Made by a program: the position numbers and the translations under genes. From assembly GCA_002297045.1 (NCBI GenBank), contig DBJE01000010.1:13178-77177 (forward strand): a stretch of DNA of 64,000 nucleotides, in the 5' to 3' direction. The DNA comes from Bacillales bacterium UBA784 (lineage in GTDB: Bacteria > Bacillota_I > Bacilli_A > RFN20 > CAG-288). Below the pieces are notes generated by a model. The model saw nothing but the letters and a program-made list of their open reading frames with translations, was not told where the DNA came from and did not search any database. Below are positions 9,527-19,779 of the stretch, in pieces. Position 1 is the first letter of the stretch. Every line of letters starts with the position of its first letter.

Positions 9527-10887
9527 ACTTCTATCCTATTTCCTCTCTCTTCTTTTACCGTGCGATTTTCATGGCCTGGCTTCTTTTCGGGGAGGCACTG
9601 TTTCTCTTCCGTCTGAAAAAGAAGTGGCATTTTCTTCTCCGGACATCTCTTTCCTATCTGATCTGCTTTGGTTTTGCCTTTGCCTTTCCTATTCCTACTG
9701 GGAATTCCTTCTACACCAGGTGTAGGTTCTTCTGCAGGTTCTTTTTGACCTACGGTCTTACCTTTTTCCGTTACCGCTGCGGCTGGCGGCATCTTCTTTT
9801 TTCCGCCATCTGCGGATATACGACCGAACACATCGCCTACGAGACCTATTTTGCCATTGCGAATTTTGCCGGAATCCTCGGCTATGGCAACCAGGGACTT
9901 TATTCCAACGATACGATTTCGATTTTTACCGGTCCCCTTGATGCACTGACCTATTTCTGTTCCTTTTTCATTGTTTTCTATCTCGTCTTTCTCTGCTTTG
10001 CCAACCGGATGAACAACAGGGAAAGCAGGGACCTGAACAATTCCTTTTCCGCACTGGCTATCTCTTCCCTCTTCCTTCTGATTGACATTGTCATCAACTC
10101 CCTTGTCTCTTATTACGGGACAATCCACTACGACACGATGTTTAGGGGGTTTATCGCCTTAGTCAACGCCCTTTGCTGCCTTGTTGCCCTTATGTTCGCC
10201 TTTCAGCTCTGCTATAAGGCATCTTTACAGAAGAACCTTGCCATCATCGAAGAGCTTCGCAAAGAGGAAAAGAACCAGTATGAGCTGACAAAGGAGACAA
10301 TTGATCTTATTAATATCAAATGCCACGACAGGAAACATCAGCTGAGAGGAATCGCCAAAAAGGAACAGATGTCCCCGAAGACCATCCAAGACAGGGAGAG
10401 CCTCATTCAGATTTACGATTCCTCCATCAAGACCGATAATCCGGTCTTGGATGTCATCCTGACCGAGAAGTCCCTTTTCTGCAACAAGCGGGAAATCAAG
10501 TTTTCCTGTATTGCCGATGGTTCACTGCTGAATTTCAGGAGCGAGGAAGACCTTTATTCCCTTTTCGGAAACATTATCGACAATGCCATCGAGGCGGTTA
10601 AGGATCTTCCTCTCGGACAACGGATTATCTCTCTGAAAATCGTTTCGCACGGAAACAGGGTGTCTATCAGCGAGAAGAACTCCTTTTCCGGAAAGATCCG
10701 CTATTCTAACGGCATGCCGATAACCAGTAAGAACGATTCCCGCTACCATGGTTTTGGTCTAAAAAGCATCAAGATGGTAGTTGAGAAATACAAAGGAACC
10801 TTCACAATCTCGGATAAGGACAATCTCTTTACTCTCTCCCTCCTGCTTTTCCCGGAGAAAGACAAAGTAAGAACAGGAGAAGGATAA
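9523..10887 (+). CDS. AgrC-like membrane sensor histidine kinase (GHKL ATPase domain), copy 1
   Basis: Polytopic N-terminal half. H-box is INIKCHD(AGG)KH. The GHKL region reads NIIDNAIEA...YHGFGLKSIK. Translationally coupled to the regulator. Confidence 0.85.
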   Translation: MNFYPISSLFFYRAIFMAWLLFGEALFLFRLKKKWHFLLRTSLSYLICFGFAFAFPIPTGNSFYTRCRFFCRFFLTYGLTFFRYRCGWRHLLFSAICGYTTEHIAYETYFAIANFAGILGYGNQGLYSNDTISIFTGPLDALTYFCSFFIVFYLVFLCFANRMNNRESRDLNNSFSALAISSLFLLIDIVINSLVSYYGTIHYDTMFRGFIALVNALCCLVALMFAFQLCYKASLQKNLAIIEELRKEEKNQYELTKETIDLINIKCHDRKHQLRGIAKKEQMSPKTIQDRESLIQIYDSSIKTDNPVLDVILTEKSLFCNKREIKFSCIADGSLLNFRSEEDLYSLFGNIIDNAIEAVKDLPLGQRIISLKIVSHGNRVSISEKNSFSGKIRYSNGMPITSKNDSRYHGFGLKSIKMVVEKYKGTFTISDKDNLFTLSLLLFPEKDKVRTGEG

Positions 10888-11055
10888 ATAGCAGGGCTCC
10901 TGACTCCCAGGGGCAGGATGATTTGAAAGCTGCATGCTGAGACAAAAACCGGAAATAGGGAAAAAAGCTTTTTTATAGTGGCTACTATCAGGAAAACAAT
11001 GATGGTGCCGTTACCTGATAGGAAACAAAAGAACAGACTGAAAAACAAAGCAAGG

Positions 11056-11083
11056 AAAAAGGCCGCGGTGAACGGCCTTTTTT
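11056..11083. terminator. bidirectional terminator between convergent genes
   Basis: AAAAAGGCCG cggtgaa CGGCCTTTTTT. Confidence 0.6.
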
Positions 11084-11099
11084 CTGCTCAGTCTTTTAG

Positions 11100-11687
11100 T
11101 CAGGCAGCAAGGTAGCTTCTGTTTTTGCTGGTTAGGTATCCGCCACCGAAGAGAAGAAGCAGGGAAGTTGTGTAGAGAAGGGTTTCAAAGAGCTTAGCAA
11201 GGGAGAATCCGTTATGGTTGACAAGGCTCCTGATCCTGACGACGAAGTAGGAGACGATGACAAAGGCGGCATAGACGAGATTGGAGAAGGAGAAGACGAT
11301 GCCAAGAAGCTTGCTGTGGACAAAGAGGAAGGTGAACCCGCAGGCGATGATGAGAAGATAGAAGAGTCTGGCAAGAGAAGTGATGATGCTGTTTGCCCTA
11401 TCGCTTCCGAAATTCAGGGAGTAGGAACCGACGACAATCAGAATCAGAAGCGAGGGGGCAATGGCACGGATCGTTCCCTGGCAGCCCTTGGCTCCGAAAA
11501 GAAAGAAGAAGTAGAAACCGATTAAGAGAAGCAGGATAAATATCTCGATGATGAACTTCCTAAGTGAATTGATGTCCTTTCCGATGGATGGGACTCCGCA
11601 GGAGAGAAGATAGTAGATAATGAGGGTGATTCCGGAGATAAGGAACCTGATGTGAGAGAGCGACCATTTTGTTTTCTGTGTACTCAT
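11100..11687 (-). CDS. hypothetical polytopic membrane protein
   Basis: 195-aa ORF, strongly hydrophobic throughout. No family recognised. Confidence 0.6.
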   Translation of the reverse strand: MSTQKTKWSLSHIRFLISGITLIIYYLLSCGVPSIGKDINSLRKFIIEIFILLLLIGFYFFFLFGAKGCQGTIRAIAPSLLILIVVGSYSLNFGSDRANSIITSLARLFYLLIIACGFTFLFVHSKLLGIVFSFSNLVYAAFVIVSYFVVRIRSLVNHNGFSLAKLFETLLYTTSLLLLFGGGYLTSKNRSYLAA

Positions 11688-11745
11688 GCGATAGAAATAC
11701 CTTTCTTTTCCATTTTAGCCGATTCTCTTTTTGTAAGGAAGCGGA

Positions 11746-12798
11746 TTATCCAAAGAAGGGAAGAGTCAAAGAGAGTTTAAGGAGGATGAAAAGAAACGGA
11801 ATGGAAACAATGCTAAGGAGCGTAGAAAGAAAGACGGAATCACTTGCCACATAGTCCTCTTTCTTGAATTCCACGCAGAAGACGGCCACCACGGCCCCGA
11901 CCGGGGCTGAGTTCCCGATCACCCTTGCAGCAAGGGAGATTTCATCGAAGTTGATGACATTCCCCATTTTTAAAAGCAGGGACAGGCCAAGGATGGCGCA
12001 GGGGAGAAAGAACCTATGGAGAAGGGAAATCACCCAGGCGGTCTTATTCTTCCTTGCCTGAAGGATATTGCATTCGCCAAGGGTAGCACCGATTAATAGC
12101 CTTGCGACAGGGTTTCCCCTTGCCTTACCGACTTCAAAAACCTTATAAAGGGCGGGAAGAGTCCTGTCAATGCGGACAAACCCATATTCTTTTTCTCCGA
12201 CTTTGACCTGGAACACATAGTTCTGGATAATCCAGAAGATAAGACCGATAATCCTACAGATCCTTACCGGATTAAGGAAGATCTTCTTCAAAGTCGGCAG
12301 GATACTTTTTTTCGTCCTCTTTTCCCCGGAGATGGCAATATAAGAATAAATATAGGTGGTGATACGGAAGGCAATCGACCTCCTACTGATCGGAATCAGG
12401 ACTCCGCTTTCTGCTCCGTAGACAGCCTCTAAAAGAGGCATGGAATAAAGGGATAGCTGGCCTACGCTCCTTAAGATCGAATAAATCATCCGTTTCTCTC
12501 TGCCTAGCCGGAAGAAAAGGAAAATGCCTAGGGTGATGAATAAGACATAGAAGAGAAGGTCAAAGACAAAAATGAGGACGTTCTGTTTAAAGCTTTCCAA
12601 AGAGAAATCACTCCTGAAGGCACAGAAAGCCCTGCAGGGAATGGCGATTTTCAACGCCACAGTATTCAGAACGGATTTTCCCTGGTCGGAAATGATACCC
12701 TTGATCCGAAGAAAGAAGCCAAGCAAGATGAAAACCAGGGAAGAGAGGATGGCACCAAGGAAACCTTGGTCGGTCAATACCTGTTTTACGATTTCCAT
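11746..12798 (-). CDS. AEC (auxin efflux carrier / malate permease-like) family transporter
   Basis: 350-aa polytopic protein. The N-terminus (ILSSLVFILLGFFL...GKSVLNTVALKIAIPC) and overall two-half layout are typical of AEC permeases. Confidence 0.7.
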   Translation of the reverse strand: MEIVKQVLTDQGFLGAILSSLVFILLGFFLRIKGIISDQGKSVLNTVALKIAIPCRAFCAFRSDFSLESFKQNVLIFVFDLLFYVLFITLGIFLFFRLGREKRMIYSILRSVGQLSLYSMPLLEAVYGAESGVLIPISRRSIAFRITTYIYSYIAISGEKRTKKSILPTLKKIFLNPVRICRIIGLIFWIIQNYVFQVKVGEKEYGFVRIDRTLPALYKVFEVGKARGNPVARLLIGATLGECNILQARKNKTAWVISLLHRFFLPCAILGLSLLLKMGNVINFDEISLAARVIGNSAPVGAVVAVFCVEFKKEDYVASDSVFLSTLLSIVSIPFLFILLKLSLTLPFFG

Positions 12799-12905
12799 AC
12801 GCCTAAATTTTAGTCAATCAGAAATATGAAATAGAGGGAAAGCGCTTATCAGACAGAAAGAAGAAAAAAGAAACCTTATAATAAAAAGGAAAACAGGACG
12901 GAGAA

Positions 12906-13454
12906 ATGAAAATGATAGGAAAAACCGGACAAGGACGTCCAAAAGATAGGGCGGGAAGAAGTAAGGAAGAGCAGAGTGTCTATGTCCTTCTTGATTCCCT
13001 AAAGATTCCCTATGACCGCCTAGACCATGAGCCTCTCTTCTCGATGGACGGATATGGAGAGATTGAAAAAGCCTTAGGATGTCCTGTATGCAAGAACCTT
13101 TTTCTTGCTAACCGGCAGCAGACTGTTTTCTACCTGCTTAGGATAAGCCCGCAGAAGAAGTTCAGGACTAAAGAACTATCCAGCCAGATTCATTCTTCCC
13201 GTCTTTCCTTTGGAAACGAAGAGGCCCTTAGGTCCTACCTTCATGCAAAGAAGGGGTTCTGCTCGATACTTGTTTTGAGGAACGATGAAGAAGGACATGT
13301 TTCGCTTCTGATTGACGTAGATCTTCTCAACCAGGAAAAAATAGGTGTCCACCCCTGTGCAAACACTTCCACCTTAGCCATCAGTTGGAAGGATCTCCTA
13401 GACAAATTCCTTCCTGCCATCCATCACGGCTACACAGCCGTCACTCTTTCCTAG
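12906..13454 (+). CDS. YbaK/ProX-type aminoacyl-tRNA editing domain protein
   Basis: Pattern LD..KIPY....HEP..S......E......CKNLFL......FYLL(AGG)ISP.KKF.TKEL is typical of free-standing prolyl-tRNA-synthetase-associated domain proteins. Confidence 0.7.
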   Translation: MKMIGKTGQGRPKDRAGRSKEEQSVYVLLDSLKIPYDRLDHEPLFSMDGYGEIEKALGCPVCKNLFLANRQQTVFYLLRISPQKKFRTKELSSQIHSSRLSFGNEEALRSYLHAKKGFCSILVLRNDEEGHVSLLIDVDLLNQEKIGVHPCANTSTLAISWKDLLDKFLPAIHHGYTAVTLS

Positions 13455-13480
13455 CCACTTAGGACAAAAAACAGGAAAAT

Positions 13481-13512
13481 AAAAAACGGCAGGTTCGGTT
13501 GCCTGCCGTTTT
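13481..13512. terminator. bidirectional terminator
   Basis: AAAAAACGGCAGG ttcggttg CCTGCCGTTTT. Confidence 0.65.
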
Positions 13513-13534
13513 CTGTTTACACAATAAGAGATGG

Positions 13535-16500
13535 TTAAGCCGTCTTTGTTAGGGTGACAGGGTCAGCATCAATGTAAGTGTAGGTGACTGTCCCATCCGC
13601 ATTGAATTTAAGAGTGACATCCCCTTCATCTAAGGAGGTGCCGATATAGGTTGTTCCGTCATAGGAAACCTGGGTTAACTCGTCGTCTTCAATGCTCAAA
13701 TTGTAATCCGTAAGCGTCACCGTCCCATCCGCAGTGATGATTAAGGTGACTAGTGAGTCAGCATCTTCGTATGTCCCGGCCCGTGATCCGATATCGCCTG
13801 CCGAAGGTTTGTCAATCACGGTAATCGTCACTTCATCGGAGGCAAAGGAGCCGTCTGTCGCTTCTGCCGTGATAGTGGCCTCTCCGGCTTTTACGGCGGT
13901 GATTGTTCCGTTTTGGTCAACGGTAGCAACCGTCTTATCGCTTGTCGACCATTTAAGTTTTGTGTTTGCGGCATCTGTGGGGGTGATTTTCGTATTGGCC
14001 TTAGCCGTTTCCCCGACGACGAGAGTCGTCTTATCCAGGGTAATCTTGATGCTATCAATCCTTACCGGTGTGACTTCAACGTCTAAGTCGGCGGTTAGAC
14101 CTGTCGATGAGGTCGCAGTGAGTTTAGTCTTTCCCGTCTTCAGGCACTTGATTGTCTTATTCCCCTTAGTCAAAGAAGACTCCTGCCCTAATGTGCCCTC
14201 GTCATTTTCTACTTGGACAATGGCTTGGTCTGCGGAAGATAACTTCCATGCCTCCTCGGCTGCATCGTTTCCTTCGTCATCGGAGAAGAATGCCTCGACC
14301 TTAGCTTCCTTTCCCGCATAGGTGTTGCCGTCTTCTGCGATTCCGATTTCTATCTTCGTTGCCTTGATATAGGTGTAAAGTTCGTCCGTCGCGGAATAAA
14401 GATTGGCCTGTTTTTTGTCTCCTTTGTCTCCGACAACATTGAGGACATATTCGGCCTGTCCGTCAAAGGAGAAGTTCTTCTTGATTTTCAGGAAGCCTGC
14501 TGTCTTGTTATCCGTAAAGACTCCGAAGACATCATAGTTCTCGCTCTTTCCGTTGTAGGGGAGGGTGACTGTGTTGTTTACCCCCTTATCCGATTTGAAA
14601 TCGATTTTTGCCTCGTCCTTTGTGATAGTGATAACCCTGTCTTCCTTATCCCACCACTGGCCGATGATGTCTGCACTGACCTTTTCGGCCTCTTTTATTT
14701 CAATCTGGACATGATTGGATTCAATCGGAGTCTCGGTAGCCCCATGCTTGGAAAGGGCATAGACTTCCACCTTCCCGGCTTTCAATGGGGTGAGAAGGCC
14801 TTTGTTGTCTATGCTCGCCTTTTCGGCATCGGAGACATGCCATTCGAGTTCTTTGTTTGTGGCCGTATTTGGTGTGATTACGGAAGAGAACTGAAGCGTC
14901 TTTCCGATTGATACGGAGGAAGCATTTCCATCCGCGGCAATGCTTACCCCTGTTACCGGTTCGGCATCGGCCTGATAATGCTTATGACAGTTTTCATCGG
15001 CAATGAAGGCGACTTTCTCCGTGGAGAATCCCCACTGCTTACCGATCCTGTTTCCGTAAATGTGAATTCGGACTTTGTAGGCGGGGGCAAAAGTCTTTTC
15101 CCTCAGCTTCAGGTTCTTGGTGGATACGTTATTCTTGACTTCCTCTGTGATGTCAAGCCCAGTCCAGGTTGTTCCATCATTTGACGTTTCGATGGTAACC
15201 TTCTCTATGGCACTTGTCTCGTTATTGCTGTACCTCTGGGCATAATAGAAGGAAATCCCGGAGACCTGTTGGTCCGAGAAATCAAAGGTTGCCACTCCGT
15301 CGCCTCTTGTGTCACTTTCTTCCTGCCTTGTGTTACTGCTTCCGTTACGCCTCCTTAGAACCTTTTTGCCTTTGTATATTCCTTGTCCGTCGAGGATGTC
15401 GCAGCCTTTATTTATGCTTACGCCAAAAGGAAGACTGTTACTGATGGAATTTACTGCACTGACATCCTGATTGACAAGACCATTGAAGGAGAGATTATAG
15501 ACGGCATCCTTCAGATTCTGGCTAGGAAGTCCGTTGACACGGATTGCAATCTTATTGGAGGTATGGGTATTTCCGCTTCCGTCCTTCCAGGAATAGTAGA
15601 CTTTCGTTTCTCCCTGGCTCTGGGCAAGAACAAGAAGATTGGTTGTCGTCGATTCAAAAGTGGCGACAGTCGGATCGTCGCTGACTTTCGTTAAAGTCGA
15701 ATACTCTTTAATCCAACGCTCTTCTTTGACTCCATCCGGTGCATCCCACGTCCTACTCCTTGTCCTAGGCAAGGACTTTTCGATATCAAGGATATAAGTG
15801 TCACCATCTTTCCTGGCACTATCGTCGCTGACTGTTAAGTCAATGCTCTTGATGTAAACATGGACCTGAGGACCATCATAACCTTTGTACTGCCAGTACT
15901 CTTTGACATTGTCTGCATTCGGGGCGGCAGGAAGCCTCTTGTCATCGAAAGTGGTTCCTCCGACATTCCTCACCTTAGTGATTGCGGAGTTTACGTCTGT
16001 GTCAACATTGCTGTCGGCAATGCCGAACTCTTTCAAAAGGTTATTGGAATCTAGCTTGAAATAGAAAGTATCCGCTGAAACGTCCCTGCACCAGGAGTAG
16101 CAATAATCCATGATATCTTCTAAGGCTGTTTCATCGACGATGTAATATTCGCCATCCCTTAAGATAATCTTGTCCTGATATAGTTTGAGCTTTTCGATGA
16201 CGCGGCGGAAATCAAGCCCGCCCTGTCCGCCTATACCGACATAGGCCCCGTCAGATCCTTGGTTAAGCCAAGAGGAGACTTCCTTACTGCCTTTAGAGGC
16301 TTCAAACCACTGATAGGACTTTCCGTTATAGTCGTGATAGTACTGGTAGATCTTATCCCCTGTTCCCCAGTCGGAGACAAGAATCTGGTAATTGTTGTAA
16401 TAGAAAAGGGAATCCGTAGTGCTTCCGACTTCTTCTGAGACGGCGCTGACGGAAAGAGAGGAATTGGAATAGTCGGCATTCAATGCGGTTTTAATGGCAT

Positions 16501-16729
16501 CAGTCTTTGGCGGCTCTGAAGTAGAAGCAGAGGGTTTATCTGAATTGCTTCCGGGCTTTTCCGAAGCACTCTCCTGTGGCTTTTCACTAGGTCTGTTGCT
16601 GATTTCAGGCAAGGTGCTATTGTTTTCCGACGGCTCAATGGTTGCTGAAGAGTCCCCTTTATGGCAGGCACTCCTAGCTAAAACTGAGATTAAGGAGAAA
16701 AGGGTAAACGTCAACTTGGTTTTCTTCAT
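13535..16729 (-). CDS. large surface lipoprotein with Big_2 Ig-like domains and a discoidin/CBM-like segment
   Basis: 1064 aa. Lipobox is LA(AGG)SAC. At least two Big_2-type units are present (VTGVSIAADG...LKAGKVEVYA and IDSIKITLDK...VKAGEATITAEA). S/P/E-rich linker. No catalytic motif recognised. Confidence 0.8.
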   Translation of the reverse strand: MKKTKLTFTLFSLISVLARSACHKGDSSATIEPSENNSTLPEISNRPSEKPQESASEKPGSNSDKPSASTSEPPKTDAIKTALNADYSNSSLSVSAVSEEVGSTTDSLFYYNNYQILVSDWGTGDKIYQYYHDYNGKSYQWFEASKGSKEVSSWLNQGSDGAYVGIGGQGGLDFRRVIEKLKLYQDKIILRDGEYYIVDETALEDIMDYCYSWCRDVSADTFYFKLDSNNLLKEFGIADSNVDTDVNSAITKVRNVGGTTFDDKRLPAAPNADNVKEYWQYKGYDGPQVHVYIKSIDLTVSDDSARKDGDTYILDIEKSLPRTRSRTWDAPDGVKEERWIKEYSTLTKVSDDPTVATFESTTTNLLVLAQSQGETKVYYSWKDGSGNTHTSNKIAIRVNGLPSQNLKDAVYNLSFNGLVNQDVSAVNSISNSLPFGVSINKGCDILDGQGIYKGKKVLRRRNGSSNTRQEESDTRGDGVATFDFSDQQVSGISFYYAQRYSNNETSAIEKVTIETSNDGTTWTGLDITEEVKNNVSTKNLKLREKTFAPAYKVRIHIYGNRIGKQWGFSTEKVAFIADENCHKHYQADAEPVTGVSIAADGNASSVSIGKTLQFSSVITPNTATNKELEWHVSDAEKASIDNKGLLTPLKAGKVEVYALSKHGATETPIESNHVQIEIKEAEKVSADIIGQWWDKEDRVITITKDEAKIDFKSDKGVNNTVTLPYNGKSENYDVFGVFTDNKTAGFLKIKKNFSFDGQAEYVLNVVGDKGDKKQANLYSATDELYTYIKATKIEIGIAEDGNTYAGKEAKVEAFFSDDEGNDAAEEAWKLSSADQAIVQVENDEGTLGQESSLTKGNKTIKCLKTGKTKLTATSSTGLTADLDVEVTPVRIDSIKITLDKTTLVVGETAKANTKITPTDAANTKLKWSTSDKTVATVDQNGTITAVKAGEATITAEATDGSFASDEVTITVIDKPSAGDIGSRAGTYEDADSLVTLIITADGTVTLTDYNLSIEDDELTQVSYDGTTYIGTSLDEGDVTLKFNADGTVTYTYIDADPVTLTKTA

Positions 16730-16735
16730 CTGTTT

Positions 16736-17632
16736 TTATTTCCTTTCTTTTTCGTTTCCGGATGTCGTACTGCTTATGTCGTAGACAGCGATAAGGAAGA
16801 CGTCCCTATCACCTTCAAAGCCCATTTCAACAGCTTCCTCTTCTGTCCTATAGAGATAAGTCAGGCCAATATTTCCTTTATCCGCATACCTTGTTCCGTA
16901 ATTGTCAGTGACGGTATATCCGTTTTGCTTTAAAAGGGCGGAATAGGAGTCCAGGATGCCTTCCTTTGGACGATAGCAGGCGATATAGAGCCTATCGATT
17001 CCATAGGATGTCTGTCTTTCGGCAGTGTAATAGTCGGCTTCTGCCGCAGGAATATCCGATCCAATGAAATTCTTGATTTCCTGTTCAGGGAAGGAAGTCC
17101 TCTTATCCTGGTAAAGATAAGCAACAATTCTTAATCCGCTTCCCTCGCTTAAAGCAAAGGGGTCAAAGAGGACGAAAAGGATTTGATTAGGAGAGACCCG
17201 CCTGTATGCGCCTTGCGTCGTATTTTCACTAGATGAGGCGGAAAAAGAGAACCCTCTCCGATTCAGGCTTGCCTTATAGGCCTTACTTAGGCTTTCCCCG
17301 TCAGTGGAAGAAAAGCAGTAAATGGCAGTGGCTGTTATTCCATAGTTATCCCTTTCTACATTGCTTCCCTGATAGCTTTCCGCAGGACAGACGGGAATCA
17401 AAGTCCGATAGTCGCCGACGCTTTCCATAAGAAGAGCGTCGATGTCTCTATTGAATTGATAATCCTTTTCTTCTACGGATTGAGAATTAGGATAAGAGGA
17501 GGAAATGGAGGGCTCTAAAGTGGTTGACGAAGACTTAACGGAACCCTCTGAGCCGGAATTCTTCGTTGCCTGGCATCCAGTGGAAAGAAGAAAAAGCGCA
17601 GAAAGGAAAGAAAGCCAGATTGGTTTTGACAT
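16736..17632 (-). CDS. hypothetical lipoprotein
   Basis: 298 aa with lipobox LLSTGC. Its stop lies 6 nt upstream of the start of 13535..16729, so the two are likely co-transcribed. Confidence 0.7.
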   Translation of the reverse strand: MSKPIWLSFLSALFLLSTGCQATKNSGSEGSVKSSSTTLEPSISSSYPNSQSVEEKDYQFNRDIDALLMESVGDYRTLIPVCPAESYQGSNVERDNYGITATAIYCFSSTDGESLSKAYKASLNRRGFSFSASSSENTTQGAYRRVSPNQILFVLFDPFALSEGSGLRIVAYLYQDKRTSFPEQEIKNFIGSDIPAAEADYYTAERQTSYGIDRLYIACYRPKEGILDSYSALLKQNGYTVTDNYGTRYADKGNIGLTYLYRTEEEAVEMGFEGDRDVFLIAVYDISSTTSGNEKERK

Positions 17633-18109
17633 GAAAATCTCCTTTCAAATAGTTTGTATACTTAATTATATCCTGAAAGCGGAAACGAAAATAGGAAAAA
17701 ATTAGCCTATCCTAACCAGAAAAGCAATTTATGTCTAGCTAAATACATATAGAAAAAATGTGTCCGGTTTTCATGTTAAACCAAAGAGCAAAGACGGGCT
17801 CTTTCTGGGAAGTTAAGGATTTCTTTTCCTATTGTTTAACTTCCCCAGGGATAGGAGAAAAAAGAAGGCAGTGTTTTCTTCCCTAGAATAGTTTTTTCTG
17901 TTTTTTGAACCAGTGGAATGGTGAAACCCTTTTTAAATCTTTACAATTAAATTTCCATAATAAATTTTAAAAAAATATTTATATGGAAAAATATCAAGTT
18001 CAAAATGACAATGTAATTTATTAGAAAAAGTCCGTAAAAAAGGATATTTACAGGTTTTTTTATCACGAATAATAGCGTGAAAAACATTGAATAATAATTT
18101 TCCGAATTG

Positions 18110-18137
18110 TTGACAACAAAAAAAGAAAGTGATACCT
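18110..18137 (+). promoter_or_regulatory. candidate promoter of the sugar ABC operon
   Basis: TTGACA (18110-18115), then a 16-nt spacer ending in TGA (extended -10 TGn), then TACCTT (18132-18137). An AT-rich UP-like region lies upstream. Confidence 0.4.
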
Positions 18138-18150
18138 TGTAAGCGGTTTA
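18136..18150. promoter_or_regulatory. cre-like operator candidate overlapping the -10/+1 region
   Basis: TTGTAAGCGGTTTAA matches WTGNAANCGNWNNCW with one mismatch. Confidence 0.35.
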
Positions 18151-18288
18151 AAAGAGAAGGGGCACAAAACACGCTCTCCTCTTAAGAAACCCTTTACAGG
18201 TTAATTCCTATAAAGAAGTCGGTTGAAATTCGTCTCTGAGTTCAACAGACGAAAAAGGCGAAGAAATTTTTCACAAGGAGGAACAAAG

Positions 18289-19692
18289 ATGAAAAAGTTT
18301 CTAAAGTTAGCTTGCGTGGCGTTAAGGGCTGCCGGAAGGGCTGGATGTCAGAAGGGAGGAGCCAGTGCAAGTACGGATACTGGTAAAGGTAATGATTCTG
18401 GAACCGGGGGGACAACATCTAATAATGTCTCTGTTAAGATTCTGAACTTCAAACCTGAACTTGCTGAAAAGTGGGGGAACATTCAGGCAGCTGTCAAGAA
18501 GGATCTAGGGTTTGACCTTGTCGTCGAGACTGCTGCTTCGGGACAATATGAAAGCACCCTTCGCACGCTTGTCTCTACTGACGGTGCTCCGGATATTTTC
18601 CAAATCAGTGGTCCTGTCGGGTATTCCAACTGGTCTGACTATATTGCTGACCTGGATGGCTCTGATGTTTACAATGCCCTTTCCGACCAATCTCTTGCCT
18701 GCAAGATTGACGGGAAAGTTAAGGCTATCCCGGTTACCGAGGAAGGATATGGTATCATTTATAACAAGAGCATTACCGATGCTTATTTTGCCTTAACCAA
18801 TAAGGCGTCAACAGGTGTCAGCAAGAGGGAAGACATCAAATCCTATAATCAGCTTAAGGCTGTTGTCGAAGATAGGCAGGCCCATAAGAGCGAGCTTGGC
18901 ATTGACGGGGTCTTTGCCCCTTCGGGAATGGATAGCTCCACTTCCTGGCGTATCACTGGGCACGCCTTCAATAGGGCTCTTGTCGGCGAGCTTGGCTCTT
19001 CCGCCACTTCCACTCCGGATGAATTACAGTTCTCCAGCAATCAGAACTATCGTAACCTTATTGATTTATATGTTAAGAATTCCACTAGGACTGGAAACCA
19101 GATGGTTGCTTCTAACTGGGAAGCGGAAGGAAATGCCTTTGCCAAGAAGAAGGTCGCTATGGTCCAGAACGGACAGTGGGCAACCGCAGATTTAACTGCA
19201 GGCGGAAAAGTCGCCGGGACCGATCTCCGTAGGTTACCTCTTTATTGCGGAATTAACAATGACAACATTAAGGAAAGCAGTCAGGGACTCTGCATTGGAA
19301 CAGAAGCCTATTGGTGCGTAAATAAGAAATCTTCTGCTGCCAAGCAGGAGAATGCCCTTAAGTTCCTTAACTATCTCTTCAATGGCAATGGTAAGAAATA
19401 TGTTGTCCAGGATCTTGCCTTCAATGCTCCGTTCAAAGGATTCAACTCCGATGAATTTGCCCCCTCTGATCCGCTTGTCAAGGAAGTCGTCTCCTGGATG
19501 AATAAAGACGGAATTAATTCTGTTGCCTGGGACTTCCCGCTTGTTCCGAGCACTGACACCCAGCGTGCCGACCTTGTCAACTCCCTCACGGCCTATTACA
19601 ACGATAACTTCTCTGATGCAAAGTGGGCTGAACTTGTCACCAACACCAAGAACAAATGGAAACAGCTTGCCGAAGAGGCAAAGCAGGACTAG
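18289..19692 (+). CDS. sugar ABC transporter substrate-binding lipoprotein (family 1 solute-binding protein)
   Basis: AAGGAGG then ATG 18289. Signal peptide MKKFLKLACVAL(AGG)AAG(AGG)AGC has a lipobox Cys. Length and layout are typical of CUT1 binding proteins. First gene of a binding protein-permease-permease-ATPase operon. Confidence 0.85.
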   Translation: MKKFLKLACVALRAAGRAGCQKGGASASTDTGKGNDSGTGGTTSNNVSVKILNFKPELAEKWGNIQAAVKKDLGFDLVVETAASGQYESTLRTLVSTDGAPDIFQISGPVGYSNWSDYIADLDGSDVYNALSDQSLACKIDGKVKAIPVTEEGYGIIYNKSITDAYFALTNKASTGVSKREDIKSYNQLKAVVEDRQAHKSELGIDGVFAPSGMDSSTSWRITGHAFNRALVGELGSSATSTPDELQFSSNQNYRNLIDLYVKNSTRTGNQMVASNWEAEGNAFAKKKVAMVQNGQWATADLTAGGKVAGTDLRRLPLYCGINNDNIKESSQGLCIGTEAYWCVNKKSSAAKQENALKFLNYLFNGNGKKYVVQDLAFNAPFKGFNSDEFAPSDPLVKEVVSWMNKDGINSVAWDFPLVPSTDTQRADLVNSLTAYYNDNFSDAKWAELVTNTKNKWKQLAEEAKQD

Positions 19693-19722
19693 ACATCGGT
19701 TTTTCTGCTAAAATAAGACAGA

Positions 19723-19755
19723 ACAAAGCTACTAGATTCGCTCTAGTAGCTTTGT
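19723..19755 (+). promoter_or_regulatory. intercistronic stem-loop after the binding-protein gene
   Basis: 13-bp perfect stem ACAAAGCTACTAG/CTAGTAGCTTTGT with a 7-nt loop and no strong T-run. This suits a partial terminator or mRNA-stabilising hairpin that raises binding-protein stoichiometry. Confidence 0.5.
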
Positions 19756-19779
19756 CCGTTTAGAAAGGAATAGCCTTTT

